DNA of 64,000 bases, from assembly GCA_025786725.1 (NCBI GenBank), contig JAHLTZ010000047.1, positions 1-64,000 of the forward strand. Direction: 5' to 3'. The stretch is from Syncephalis fuscata S228 (lineage: Eukaryota; Fungi; Zoopagomycota). Below are positions 1-14,032 of this stretch, one piece after another. The notes beneath the pieces are model-generated. The model worked only from the letters and a program-made list of their open reading frames with translations. It did not search any database and had not been told where the DNA came from. How positions within the stretch are numbered: the stretch's first letter is position 1; each line of letters starts with the position of its first letter. The position numbers and the translations under genes are program-made.

Positions 1-239
1 CTGTTTTTGTTTACAGTCAATGGCTTTTTATAATTCCTGATACCTATTCAGCATATTTAAATAATGTCCAAACTGCAATAGCACAATCAATAACATGTAG
101 CTTATAACAACAATAAGTAGCGGTCTGTTTACTACAATTTATTTACTATAAAATAAGCTGTCAGTTTTTTTATTTTTTACTTTTATAAAAACGACTCTTT
201 AATAACACCGCTGTACCAATATAGACAAAAAACATTATA

Positions 240-1392
240 AAAATGTTATATTTGCTATGTCTAATAGCTATGACCGTAATGAAAATGCAGTATTTGTTAT
301 TTTTAGTAGCTATGGCTATCTTAAAAGAGTGGTTCTAATGTAATTAGGTGGTAAAATGTAATAGTATATGGATTAAATAATAATAATAGTATAACTAATA
401 AAGCGATGCTAAAATTATTTATGATTTTATGTAAAATGCAGCAAACTGTATGATATTTTGTACAATTATGCGTATAGTATATGTATAACTACTAATGAAC
501 TATAGTGTAGTTATATTGCGTGGTGGTGCAACGATTGTAATAATATATTAATAAATGTGTGAAAACAACAGTTTTTAGTCATTCATGGCTTATATACTTA
601 AAATACAGCAAAATGGTTGCCAGATTTGAGTTCTCCACGCTTAGTTATACAGATTGGTATGATTTATAGAGCAACGATTTTTGCAAAAAATGCTAGTCAA
701 AAATGCGATTTACGTGTTATTAGTTAGCAAAATTTTATTAAACTTTTTAACTTTAGGAAATTCAATATTAAGAATAATATTTTGACTAAAATAAATCTGA
801 AGCACTCTATAATATTATAATAATTATGATAGCAGCTTAATATGCAGAAATACCGATATACTGTGGCGATTTATGACATATATATACATATATTTAAAAT
901 TTTGCTAACTAATAACACGTAAATCGCATTTTTGGCTAACATTTTTTGCAAAAATCGTTGCTCTATAAATCATACCAATCTGTATAACCAAGCATGCGGA
1001 ATTCGAATCTGGCAACCATTTTGCTGTATTTTAAGTATGTAAGCCATGAATGACTAAAAGCTGTTGTTTTCACACATTTATTAGTGTATTATTACAATCG
1101 TTGCACCACCACGCAATATAACTACACTATAGTTCATTAGTAGTTATACATATACTATACGCATAATTGTACAAAATATCATACAGTTTGCTGCATTTTA
1201 CATAAAATCATAAATAATTTTAGCATCGCTTTATTAGTTATACTATTATTATTATTTAATCCATATACTATTACATTTTACCACCTAATTACATTAGAAC
1301 CACTCTTTTAAGATAGCCATAGCTACTAAAAATAACAAATACTGCATTTTCATTACGGTCATAGCTATTAGACATAGCAAATATAACATTTT
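240..1392. repeat. Foldback element copy 1: ~500-bp inverted arms (240-737 / 895-1392) around a 157-bp spacer
   Basis: Arms are reverse complements with scattered substitutions; non-coding; related element at 17315-18528 shares the spacer. No clear TSD. Confidence 0.9.
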
Positions 1393-1784
1393 ATGATAAT
1401 CACATGCAATAAAAATAACAAATGATGTGGAAGTTATTTTACTTTAAGCCCCATACTTTTTTTGGAAAATAAAAGATATGAGGCTCAAAGTAAAATAGCA
1501 CCTTGCTTTTGCTACTAGTTGATGCACGGCGGCCTTTTATTAACTTCCGATTCTCGATTTTTGTAGTGCACCTTTCTATTTTGTTTATCCAGTAACTCCA
1601 GTATTCTTTGCGTCTATTGCACGCCATCACTTCATCCACCACTAGAAGAAAAGCGTAGCGTCTAAATTTACTTTGTTTTCATAATGTAAGCATGCACTTA
1701 GGATTATTGGTGTGATTCCAATAAATCATACGCGTTATTTGTCCTGTTGAACACAGCATTTATTTACTAAAACTCGCTAGTAGT

Positions 1785-2316
1785 ATGGCGGTCAAGGCCA
1801 TAGATGGCACGCCCTCAATAACCACCAACGCAGCCAATGGCACGGCGGAGCTAGTCTGGTGGAATCTCATTGGTATCGCAACTCCTCGCGATCTGAGCTC
1901 GGTAACAAATGGAGCGGTCAGCCTATTACCCTTACGCGATTGGAAACGGGGCGCTGAATTGCCGAATGTGACGGGCCAGCTGTTGGCTGCTGTGGGATGG
2001 CCTGAAGAGGTAAGTATATGATGGATAGAGGATGGCTATGGAGAATAGATCAGGGACGCATGCTGCATTTTGCCACATGCATCTGCATCTACACGGACAA
2101 TCAATAATTTGATGCTTGGTTAACTAACGTGTGGTGTGAATGACATTGTTATTTAGTCAATGATGACAATGGCATTGAAAATGGCAGCAAGTGGTCAATT
2201 AACATCAAATGCCTGCTGTCAAGCGGTCAATCTTGCTTTGGTTACGCCGTACTCTATTGGAGAAGAGGCGCATCATTTGATGCAAGTAGGCCACTGGCAT
2301 ACCAATACCGAGGATG
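1785..2316 (+). CDS. Hypothetical spliced ORF directly upstream of, or fused to, the mitochondrial carrier
   Basis: GC-richer coding-like stretch; ATG 1785, GTAAGT donor ~2010, AG acceptors ~2050 and ~2156; no family recognised. Confidence 0.35.
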
Positions 2317-2321
2317 ATCAG

Positions 2322-3592
2322 ATGAATATATGGTTTGACGCGCTTTTTGGAACGACTAGAACGGTAGGAACACCTGTAGCAACAGCGGCCGCACCAAGTA
2401 ATCTACCAGTACAAGTAGCTACAGGTGCAGCGGCTATTGGCATTGTACAAAAAAAAGCTGCTCAAACTACACCTGGTTTTTTTTCAACTGCCTATTGGAG
2501 GCGTAAACTGACATCAGATGGCGTAAAACAGTTTATTGCCGGCGGCATTGCCGGCGGTGTCTCTCGAACTGTCGTGTCGCCCCTTGAACGTATGAAAATT
2601 CTTTTCCAGGTCCAAGGTCCAGAACCGGCTCAATACCGTGGCGTGTTTGGTACACTTGCCAAGATCTGGCGAGAAGAAGGCATGGTTGGCTATATGCGCG
2701 GAAATGGCACCAACGTAATACGTATTGTGCCATACAGTGCAGTGCAGTTTGCCTCTTATGAACAGTTTAAAAAAGTACGTAGTATTGAATATTTAATTTA
2801 TTCAACACTAATTGGCCTATATGTAATTAACTGATTAATTAATTAATTAATTTTTAGATGTTTATGGAAAGTGGAAAAGATCAGCTAGATACACCACGAC
2901 GATTAATGGCTGGAGCGTGTGCTGGTATCACGTCCGTTGCTTTTACCTATCCGTTGGATATTGTACGGACACGTCTTAGTGTACAGAGTGCCGAGATTGG
3001 TGTTTACACAAGTGCTGCGATGAGTGCAATGGGTGCAGGCGAAGGAAATGTACGCGGCCCACCACAAAAGCTACCTGGTATTTGGACTACAATGCGTCTC
3101 ATGTACCGTGAAGAAGGTGGACTGCGTGCTTTATACCGTGGACTTGGACCTACAATGGCGGTAAGTAAACTTTTATGTAAAATTAAACACAACAATAATA
3201 ACTATAATCGTAATTATAATCACAAGGGAGTGGCACCTTATGTAGCACTTAATTTCCAAGCCTATGAAGTATTACGGGCCTACTTTACCCGCCCTGGCGA
3301 GTCGTCGCCATCCTCGGTCAATAAACTTCTTTGTGGTGCGCTGGCCGGCTCTATTGCCCAGACCATCACTTATCCACTCGATGTACTACGACGTCGAATG
3401 CAAGTAACGGGAATGAAAGAAGTTGGCTACAAGTATCGTAATACATGGCATGCCATTCATCAAGTCATTACAAAAGAAGGCATACTAGGCCTATACAAAG
3501 GAATGATTCCAAATTACCTTAAGGTCGCACCGGCCATTGGCGTCAGTTTCTGGTGTTATGAGCTGTGCAAGGATCTGTTTGGTAGCAAATAG
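2322..3592 (+). CDS. Mitochondrial carrier family (SLC25) protein, YPR011C/SLC25A42-like; 2 introns (~2776-2857, ~3161-3226); start uncertain
   Basis: Three Px[DE]xx[KR] signatures (PLERMK, PLDIVR, PLDVLR), EEG..G..RG motifs, GNGTNVIRIVPYSAVQF; GT-AG introns join the ORFs. Confidence 0.9.
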
Positions 3593-4072
3593 TATTTACC
3601 GTTTTAATATTCATCCTTTTCTTCCCCCCCCCAGCATACCAATTGCTTAAAACTCTGTTCTATCCATTCACTTTACACTATTAAATGGTTTCTATAATAC
3701 ACTAATTGCACTCTAATGTGTCACATCGCTTGTAGTTATTGTTTATTGTGTGTTTCAAGTTACTGGCACAAAGAATGCAAATTGCATCATGCGTTGCCGC
3801 TCTACTGCAGTTTTTTGGTACCACTATGCACACCATGCTGCTGTCAATCCGGTTTTGTCTTTATCCACATGTGTACGCCCGAGGCCGCCGTGCCTACTAG
3901 TCATAAATAAGCATCCAATGCAACCGAGTTTTCAATAAACATCTTTATTCCTACTTGTTCTGTTTGTTACGTCTACTGCTGGCCATTAGCGTAAAAATTC
4001 GTATTGTAAGTATACTATCAGCCACATCAATATTCCTGTGAAATATTTCTACGCACCTTCAATTATTCTCCA

Positions 4073-5122
4073 ATGTATCGCTCGTGTGCTATTTTTGTAA
4101 CGCTGGCCGTTGCTATTACCCAAATAGCCTTTGTGCAAGCCAACCTACCACCCATCATTATTGATGATTTACCTGCATCTTACAATGATACCACGCCTGC
4201 TAGTAATAACCAGCAGCCTTTATTAAATTATAATAATTACGAAGATTGCCTATGCATTCCACCATCATCTGCCAATACTACATCGTACGTACCGCTGCCA
4301 CAGTCACAGTCAGAGACTATTGCTGCGGCAGCTGTACAGCCACCGGTGAAAGAAAGTGAACATGCGGACAATTCTATAAAACAAGCCAACAGTGCTATCC
4401 AAGATACAATAATTGCTTCAACAGCACCTTTACCACAAAATGAACCAACTCTTTCTGGCAATGAAAGTAAATTTCGATATGCTGCAGCCAAGTTTGAGCT
4501 ATATGGCGTCGTTGGTTATATGCATTTTACTTACAATGGCACGACTACACTTGCCACGATTAATATTACCGCCGGTCTACCTCGAAACGGAACCGAAGGT
4601 TATTTCTATCACCTGCACCAGAAGCCAGTGCCAGCGAATGGCAACTGCACTGAAACGACCGGCCATTTGGATCCATTCCACGTAAATCCAATGCCTGGCC
4701 ATCCATATCCATGCGACCCGCGTAATCTGCGCACCTGTGAAGTGGGTGATCTTAGCGGAAAGCATGGCCTATTGGAGCCAATCGATCCAAGTAGCCGCGA
4801 CTGGTTAACGGGTGCAAAGCCCATCACGTTCCTAGATCCTCAGCTTGACTGGTCAAATCAACCAGAAGTGTCGATATTTTACGGCCGCTCTATCAATATA
4901 CATCGCCCATCGGATTTGGTACGTTTTTCATGTGCCAACTTAGTCGAGACAAATCGCGATTGGGTGCCATTAACCAACTTCAATGCACAATCAGCCAACA
5001 GCAATATAGCGAGTAACAGTAGTTATGAAAACAGCAGCGATTACAACGTTTCAACGCAAAAGGGTGCAATCGCACTTTTGGTTACTATTTCGGTGTTGAT
5101 ATTTAATTATATACAATTATAG
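4073..5122 (+). CDS. Secreted, probably GPI-anchored Cu/Zn-SOD-family protein of the Cu-only (SOD4/5/6-like) type
   Basis: Signal peptide; YHLH, GHLDP, CEVGDLSGKHG, GRSINIH and SCAN motifs; S/N-rich linker; hydrophobic C-terminus. Confidence 0.9.
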   Translation: MYRSCAIFVTLAVAITQIAFVQANLPPIIIDDLPASYNDTTPASNNQQPLLNYNNYEDCLCIPPSSANTTSYVPLPQSQSETIAAAAVQPPVKESEHADNSIKQANSAIQDTIIASTAPLPQNEPTLSGNESKFRYAAAKFELYGVVGYMHFTYNGTTTLATINITAGLPRNGTEGYFYHLHQKPVPANGNCTETTGHLDPFHVNPMPGHPYPCDPRNLRTCEVGDLSGKHGLLEPIDPSSRDWLTGAKPITFLDPQLDWSNQPEVSIFYGRSINIHRPSDLVRFSCANLVETNRDWVPLTNFNAQSANSNIASNSSYENSSDYNVSTQKGAIALLVTISVLIFNYIQL

Positions 5123-5402
5123 TAATGTGAAATTGTGTCTTTACCTAGTATACACTTTGATATGCTAAATTTACGAAATAAAACATTATAACAAATAATT
5201 TTATAACACATTTCAATTCACATTATATTTAGACCCGAGATCTATTTTGTTTTGGGACTCAAAGTAAAACTTTACATTTTAAATTAATTATTGTTACTAT
5301 TAATAAATGATAGTGAGGTGAGGTGAGATGAGGTAGCAATGAATTTTCTTATCACTATTACCAATGCATCAAGTCTTTTACATACATTTAATGCAGCTAC
5401 GT

Positions 5403-6767
5403 TGACACTGCTTATTTTAATAATAATATCAGTGATTTATTTATATTATTTTCAGTAAATTAATATTAAACAATTTATTAGCCATTTAATGTGATTTGGG
5501 GGATAAATGGCTATATTAATAACATCTACGCAGTTGAACTACATACTCGTTCTATAGAACATAAAGTCAGGTGGTAAGGAATAATAATTAAATTGTTACA
5601 TTTAATAATATTTACACTTTTAAATTAAACTTTCTTTTTATTGAACATGAAACTAGGGGTAATTTACGTCAGGGTCCAAAATACTCATCATCATAGATTT
5701 ATTACATAGTATGCATATATTCAGTATACATATATTCTCTCTTCACCTATATCATTCCCATTCTATCCCACACTGCTCTATATCATTCTACGATACACTA
5801 GACACATTCTACTGTTTATATGCTCCAATACACTCCACTCATTCCCCTTATTGCATTATATGCATTATAGCTTTAATATTATTTTATATACTTTCTCACC
5901 GTACACTCATCATTTTATATATCATTTTATACTCGCATAAACATGTTCTATCCAAAACTGTTTTTATTTTTGTTCTAGCTTTATTATTAATAAATGCCAA
6001 CTAATGTTGGTCATCTGCTCATAAATACATGCTTAATAACTTTAACCTTGCTAATCTCGTTCAATATTGCATATTCATTACAATATTTATTATTTTATCA
6101 TAATTGGCTATACGCTGTCCATAACCGCTGTCGGTATGGTCCCAACTTTTTTATTAATAAAAATTGACTTATTGCACATAGTTTGTTCACTGGGCTATAT
6201 TGATAAACAAATAATATGAATATGAATTGAGTTGTTTTATTAAGATTATTATAAATAAATTAAAGCATGTTAATTAGTTATGATTTTAATGTCAATCAAG
6301 CAAAATGATGAGTATGCGTCTTAATAACACATACCGTAATGCTATATGCATACTGGATAATAAATCTACAATGATGAGTAGTTGATTAATGATGTCACTC
6401 ACCACCCATCATCATGCTCAATAAATTAAAGATTATTAAAATAGTCATTTAACGCCAAATCACATTAAATGGCTAATAAGCTGTTTAATGTACAAAAATA
6501 TTATCTTTATTTAATTAATAAATGAAAATATATATACAATATGATAATACAATCTATCAACTAAATGGCATTGTACATCTAAATACTATGAATACAGTAA
6601 AGTATCGATGAAAGAGTTGCTCAGTGGTGAAATAAAACAAAGACTAAAACCAATTGCATAAAACCAAGTATAATTATAGGACAGTGTCATCAGTAAAACA
6701 ACGAGTGTAATAAGGATGACAAACAACAAACAACAAATATAAATATATTCATAGAACAATGTCGTCA
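5403..6767. repeat. Dispersed repeat copy A with internal segment bounded by 25-bp perfect inverted repeats (5475-5499 / 6455-6479)
   Basis: IR TTATTAGCCATTTAATGTGATTTGG; second copy at ~38110-39472 has the inner segment reversed. Confidence 0.9.
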
Positions 6768-7057
6768 GCAAAACAATGACAGCATTAACAAGAAAACACT
6801 CTAAATAGATTACTATTTAAAGATTACCGTCACATAAAACATTTAGAAAAGCAAGGTGATGGATTGCTAGCCTATATAAATAAACAAAATAAATCCATTT
6901 AACAAGTCTGAACTCATTACAATTGTGTGTGCACACTATTTGGCCATTCAAAAAAATCTACAATTTATTGTCTATTCAAATTTATTTGTTTATAATATTT
7001 TTTATATTCTTTATATATATAATAAAAAATACGAGACTCAAACTTCACTTCAACCAA

Positions 7058-7366
7058 GCCAATTTAATTGAGACAAATCGCGATTGGGTGCCATTGGCCA
7101 ACTTCAATGCACAATTGGCCAACAGCAACATGGCAAATAATAATAGCTATGAAAACGGCAGTGATTTCAACGTTTCAGCACAAAATCGTGCTTTGGTTAC
7201 TATTTCGGTGCTGATATCTAACTATGTACAATTATAGTAATGTGAAATTGTGTCTTTGGCCTCGTATACAATTAAATTTTACTTTGTGCTCCCCTTCTAT
7301 TTTTATTTTCCAACAAAACATTATAACAAATAATTTCATAACGCATTTCAATTCACATTATATTTA
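7058..7366 (+). pseudogene. Diverged duplicate of the 3' end and 3' UTR of the SOD gene
   Basis: ANLIETNRDWVPLANFNAQ...NYVQL* mirrors ANLVETNRDWVPLTNFNAQ...NYIQL* (4934-5230), including downstream UTR; catalytic region absent. Confidence 0.85.
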
Positions 7367-8255
7367 AATTCGCTAATATTAATAACATTGGTGTGAAATA
7401 GACCCCATGAATTAATATAAAAGCAATTTTATTTTAAAACTCAGAGTTTCTATTTATACATTAAATATTGGATTATTCATGTATATCTATAAATCCGGTT
7501 TACCACTTTCTACAATAAAAATATTAACATACTATATGAAAAACCGTTTATATAATTCATTAGTTCGATCGCATTAAATATTACTGATAGAAATATATAA
7601 GCAAATAACACGTTTACTTGTGTTGCATTCATATCTAGCAATGCCTTATCAGCACTGTTCCCATTCAGTAATTTCCTATTTTACTACTCCGCGGGCATGG
7701 CTTCCATCTATGATATGTCCAACTCCGCTCGTGAACAGCGACATTTGCTTCTTGAGGATGCTGCCGTTTTAATAATATTTTTCACTTCTCATTCGCCTTC
7801 ATCTTACCAAGTACCGTCATTAGTAATTTCAATTGCAAAATTACGTTTGCTCGTTATAAAACAAGACGTAAGTAAAATTATTATGCAAAGCTTTCTATTA
7901 CAAAAGTACAGTTGGCAGGCTTAAAATAATAAGCTGTGTAGATACATTTTTACGAACTAACACACATTTTATTAACAAAAAATAGCTATTGCACACAAAG
8001 TTGGCCAACTACTTTTCAGCATTTACATGCTGCTGGCTTTATGCTGATATTATTATCATACATATTTATATTTTTTGCATCTGTGCTTTTGCCCACACTA
8101 ATCCGGTGAACTGAATCTGCCATAGCACATTACCTATATTACTCACAGCGTGCTTTGAATGATTTATTATCACTGGTAATCAACACACAAACAAACATCA
8201 ATTTTATTACTTTATCGATATAGCTAGAACTATTCATCAATTTAAACACATTGAT

Positions 8256-11200
8256 ATGATCGCTAACCGTGGAGGAAGTTCCTCCACTTCATCTTTGGAC
8301 CGCCATGATCTGGCTCTTTTGGACTCTCCCAAAGATCCTGAGGTTGTACAAACATTACAAGATCGATTTACACGTGATTTAATTTACACCCGCCTTGGTG
8401 CGCGTACCATTGTTTTGGTAAATCCTGGTCAGGTTTTGTCTAATGTTAGCGATGCTACTTGCGAAGAATATGTTGCTGAGTATCGTGATACTAGCGGCCA
8501 ACGCCGTATTTTGGAACCACATTTATTCCAGCTGACTGCCAATGCATATCTGCATATGCGACGCACCGGCGTCGACCAATCAATCATTTTCTGGTAAGTG
8601 CTGCGTGCAAAGTGTTTATAATACAGCGTACTTAATAATCTATCGGTTTATAGCGGTGAGAGCGGCAGTGGAAAGTCTGAAAGCAAAAAGCTTGTATTCA
8701 AGTACATTACAATGCTACGTGCACAATCCAAGAAAGAAGCCCGTATTATGAAGCAGATTCAAAGCGCATCAGATGTTATTGAATCATTTGGCAATGCAAC
8801 AACTGTGCACAATTCCAATGCATCACGTGTTGGTACATTTACAGAACTTGCCTTTAATGAACGCGGCCGAGTTATTGGTTCAAAATTACTTGACTATACA
8901 CTGGAAAAGTCCCGTGTAGCAGTCCAGCAACCAGGAGAGCGTAATTTTAACGTTTTCTACCAACTGATGGGCGGTGCATCAGAAGAAGAGCGACAGCGCT
9001 GGCGACTTGAAGACGCTGCAGTTTACTCGTATCTTGGTCGACAGGCAAATGTACGCCAGCCAATGGCACAAGACACTGCAGCATTTGAAGATTTACGATC
9101 TGCACTCAAATCAATTGGACTCGGTAAAAAGATCCAATCACAGATATTCCGGTGTCTGGCTGGTATTTTACACTTGGGCAGTATCCAGTTTACGGATCCC
9201 AGCCGCCAGACAACAGAAGAGTCGGCATATGTACGCAACGATGAAGCACTTGCCACGGCTGCCGAACTGTTTGGACTACACGCACGCGCACTTGAGGGTG
9301 TATTGACATACAAGACACAGCTTATCAAGTCGGAAATGTGCACGCTTTTCCTGAACGCCGAACAATGTGCTCGTCAACGCGACGATCTTGCTCGATCACT
9401 CTATGGACTGCTATTTTCATGGCTGATCGAACAGATCAATACAAAGCTATGCACAGAATCGCAAACATATTTTATTGGTGTACTCGATCTTATCGGCTAC
9501 CAGCCGGACCGAGTTGTTCGTAACGGAGCCGGACTCGGCTTTGAAAACTTTTTATCTAACTTTGCATGTGAACGAGTGCACAACTTTATGCTGCATGAAA
9601 TCTTTATTGCCGGTAGTGACGACATGAGCAACGACGGCGTACGTGTGCCTCGTGTCGACTATGTCGACAATGCACCATGTCTCGATCTATTTATGAAGCC
9701 ACGTCGTGGTCTGTTTGGCCTAATGGACAAGGAAGCGTCACGATCGGCCAATATCCGTCCTGCAACAGACGAGCAGTTCTTGCAAGCGTTTAATAAGCAA
9801 CATTCAGCACACGACAACTACCTTGTCGTGCCAAATCGCCATAACGCATTTGCAATTCAACACTTTGCCGGACAAGTCACGTACGACGTGGACCGGTTTG
9901 CCGACAAGAATGCCGATCTTTTGAGTGCAGACTTTGTCCAGCTGTTCCGTGGTAATGGCGGTGACTTGCCAGGATCGGCCAATGCCTTTATTACAACACT
10001 GTTTGAAGGCAGTTCTGTCGAGACGGAGACACATGCGCGTGACAACGGCATTATTGTTGCAGCACGTCAGTCGGCCAAACCAACTCGCTCGCCAAGTACA
10101 CGTCGTATGCGTAAAGCCGACGATGTGGAGGTTGACGACGACGACGACGACGCCAAGAGCAAGAAAGGAAAGAAAGGCACCAAAAAGGACAAGACGACCA
10201 AGCTTGTTGGTGTCGGTACACAGTGCAGTAAAGGTATTGGCGAATTGCTTGATACACTTGGCGAAACAATGCCATGGTTTGTGATCTGTATACGACCAAA
10301 TGATCAGTCTAAAGTTGGTAAATTTGATGCCAAATATGTACGATCACAAGTACGCTATTTGCAACTACCCGAAATTGCCCAACGACGAGCAGTCGAATAT
10401 ATGGCCAATTTTACGCATGCCGAATTTATCGACCGTTACACAATCGTACTTTCGCCAATGGGAATTGAGTCAAGTCGGCAGCCGCGGGCCAAGATTGAAG
10501 CAGCCGGCGAAATATTTGGCTGGACGCCGCGCGAAATGTGCATTGGCAATAAACGCGTTTGGCTAAATGATTCGGCCTGGCGCGATTTGGAGGACAATCT
10601 ACGTGCTGCCGAAAATGAAACACGCCGACGACAGAAAGATGGCGGTGGTGGCATGGACGATAACATGTCATTCTATAGTGGCATTACAGGCCGAGGCGAC
10701 AATAATTTACTACATCCACGCATTCCTGGGGATAAATCACTTCATATACCATCATTTTTATTACAAGATCAATCGTATATTAGTGAAGATGAAAATAATA
10801 CATCCATGTATGACGGAACCAAAAATGGAGGCTCTCCCTACACCGGTTCATCAGCTGGTGATTACGAACTCCGCAGTCGTGGTGAATCTGGCCGCGGCTA
10901 TAACGGTTCCAATGAAGCAGATGAAAATATTTTAATGGAGAAAGAAGAAGAAGAGAAGCCCAAAATGACTGCTCAGCGTCGTCGTTGGCTATGTCTTACC
11001 TGGCTTCTAACATGGTACATTCCACCGTTTGCTCTCGGATGGTGCGGCATGAAACGTAAGGACATTAGGATGGCCTGGCGTGAAAAGCTTGCTCTGTGCA
11101 TTATTATTCTTCTTGCCTGCTTAGTAATGCTGTTCTTTATTATTGCATTTGGCAAAATAATATGTCCACGTCAAAAAATCTACAATATGGCAGAGCTGGC

Positions 11201-14032
11201 GGAGCACGATAAATCTTCATCATTACCACTTACAGCAATTAGAGGTGAAGTTATTAGCCTCGATTCAGTCATACCTCATGCCACTGTTACAAAAAATGAA
11301 ATGCTTAAAGATGTATCATATCCTGGTAAGGACTCATCTGAGCAATTTCCTGTACAGGCCAGTTCTTTATGTGATCGTGCAGATGGATCTGGTGGTATTG
11401 ACAAAGCTCTTTCGTTTCAAAACTACACCGTCCAAGGAGCAGCTTCAAATAGTCACGATTTCCGTTGGTATACTGGTCGAGCAACTGGGGATGAAACTGA
11501 TGATAAATATACGCAGATTATGACCATTTTACGCAGAACAGCGCGTGTGGCCTATGTTGGTTGGGATCCAAACGATTTGAAAAGTATTTCGGCTTCAAAT
11601 ACCGCCTATTATGTTATTATCGACAAACAAGTATTTGATCTTACTAAATATCTCACCAACAACATCTACTATCTATATCCAGACGGTACTACTGGAAAAG
11701 GATCAGGAAATGTAGTGGACTTTTTAGGTGATGATTTTAGTGCAATTGTCAAGTCTAATCCTGGTGGCGATATTACAAACACTTTTATGCTATGTATAAA
11801 AATCGTAACGCAGAACTCAACCGTATTAAGGTTTGCTTGCGTAATTTGTTTTTTGCAGGTGTAGTTGATAATCGTAGAAGTGTTCGTTGTCAATTTGCCA
11901 ATTACATTCTACTTGCTGTAACGGTGTTTATGGTGCTGATTATTTTATTTAAATTCCTTGCCGCCCTTCAATTGACTAGTCGTCGTGATCCTGAAGAACA
12001 TGATCGATTTGTTATTTGCCAAGTGCCATGCTATACTGAAGGCGAAGAATCGCTTAAAGACACAATTGATTCGCTTGCTGTTATGAAATACGATGACAAA
12101 CGTAAATTAATATTTATTATTTGCGATGGTATGATTGTTGGTTCTGGCAATGACCGCTCTACACCTCGTATTGCGCTTGATCTACTTGGTGCCGATCCTA
12201 GCATTGATCCTGAACCACTTAGCTTCCTATCGCTTGGCGATGGTATTAAACAGCATAATATGGGCAAGGTATATACTGGCCTTTATGAATGTAAAGGTCA
12301 TGTTGTTCCATACATTGTTGTTGTTAAAGTTGGTCGTCCAAATGAACGTGTCCGCCCAGGCAATCGTGGCAAGCGCGACTCTCAGCTTATTCTAATGCGA
12401 TTCTTTAATGCCGTTCACTTTAATTCGGAAATGACACCACTTGAACTTGAAATGTATCACCAAATCAAAAATGTTATTGGCGTCGATCCAGGCTTTTATG
12501 AATACGTTCTTATGGTGGATGCTGATACATTTGTAGCACCGCAATCACTTAATCGTATGGTCAGTGCTATGTTGCACGATCAAAAGATCATTGGCTTGTG
12601 TGGTGAAACGCAACTTGCCAATTCTAAAGCAACCTGGATTACAATGATTCAAGTATACGAATACTACATTTCTCATCATATGGCAAAGGCATTTGAATCG
12701 CTATTTGGCTCTGTTACCTGTCTTCCTGGCTGTTTCTCGATGTATCGTATACGTGCACCTACAAAGAATAAGCCATTGCTTGTATCTAATCAATTAATTG
12801 AAGAATATTCAGAGAACCGTGTTGATACATTGCATAAGAAGAATTTGCTATCACTTGGTGAAGATCGTTATTTGACAACGCTAATGCTCAAGCATTTCCC
12901 AATGAACAAGACAGCGTTTACTAGAGACGCTCTTTGCCACACCAATGCTCCCGATACATGGTCCGTTCTGCTTTCACAGCGCCGTCGATGGATCAATTCA
13001 ACTGTCCATAATCTTGTTGAGCTTATCACACTATCACGTCTATGTGGATTTTGCTGCTTCTCTATGCGATTTGTTGTATTCATCGACTTGTTCTCCACCG
13101 TTGTTGCACCGGCTGCTATGGTTTACATTGGATATTTGATTTATGTTGGTGCAACGGAAGGCAGCAAGTATATTATAATTTCTTTTATTCTATTCGGTGC
13201 TGTTATGGCCTACAAGCAATTATCTTTATTTTAAGGCGCAAATGGGAACATATTGGTTATATGATTATTTCTATTATTGCACTGCCACTTTTTTCGTTCT
13301 TTATTCCTATCTATTCGTTCTGGCACTTTGATGACTTTTCTTGGGGTAATACTCGTTTGGTAGTTGGTGATAAGGGCGATAAGAAATACATATCTGCCGA
13401 TAATGAGAAATTTGACCCACGTAGCATTCCACGTAAGAAGTGGAGCGACTACGAACAGAGCTGTGGGAGAATGGCTCGCAACATTCAGAGGAGTCCCATG
13501 CCACTGCCATCAGCCACCGTTCTCACCAATCGCACCAATCTCGAGACCATATTGGTATTACGACACCATCTGTTATGGAATGGACCAACTTTACCGCCAA
13601 AGTATTTACACAATTCCAAAATCAACCTATGGCCCACCTACTAATAGGCACTCGCAAGCTATGACTATTGATAAAAGCCACATGTCTATTAGTCCAGGAC
13701 AAGAATCACAGTTAAATCAGTCGATATTAGGTGCTAGTTTTTATGACCGGCCTATGAGTGGCGCTTTCAGTGCTCAAGGCGGCAGTGTCGGTTTCCCGCA
13801 GTCAGCTGGCGCCCCATCAGTAATTATGGATAGCGATCATTACCACAACAGCTATCCAACGGATGAGCAAATTCTTGGTGAAATTCGACGAATTCTTTCT
13901 AGTGCTGATTTAATGAGTGTTACCAAGAAGCAAGTACGCGATGAGCTTTCCGCTTTCTTTGGCGCTGACATGACACCCAGAAAGGATTACATTAATCGAT
14001 GCATTGAAATGATTCTTCAAGGTCAGCTTTAA
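8256..14032 (+). CDS. Class V chitin synthase with N-terminal myosin motor-like domain, cytochrome b5-like domain and C-terminal DEK_C; intron ~8594-8653; four apparent 1-bp frameshifts (~11785, ~13203, ~13456, ~13635)
   Basis: P-loop GESGSGKS just after the intron, [47 protein letters not shown], and [14 protein letters not shown]...VTKKQVR. Confidence 0.95.

Noticed and set aside
5711-6004. 97-aa hydrophobic ORF, identical at 38658-38951
   Set aside because: Identity follows from the recent repeat duplication; composition fits AT-rich non-coding DNA; no motif.
11792-14032. Separate chitin synthase genes or programmed frameshifting
   Set aside because: The fragments are consecutive parts of one protein, each joined by a single-base restoration.
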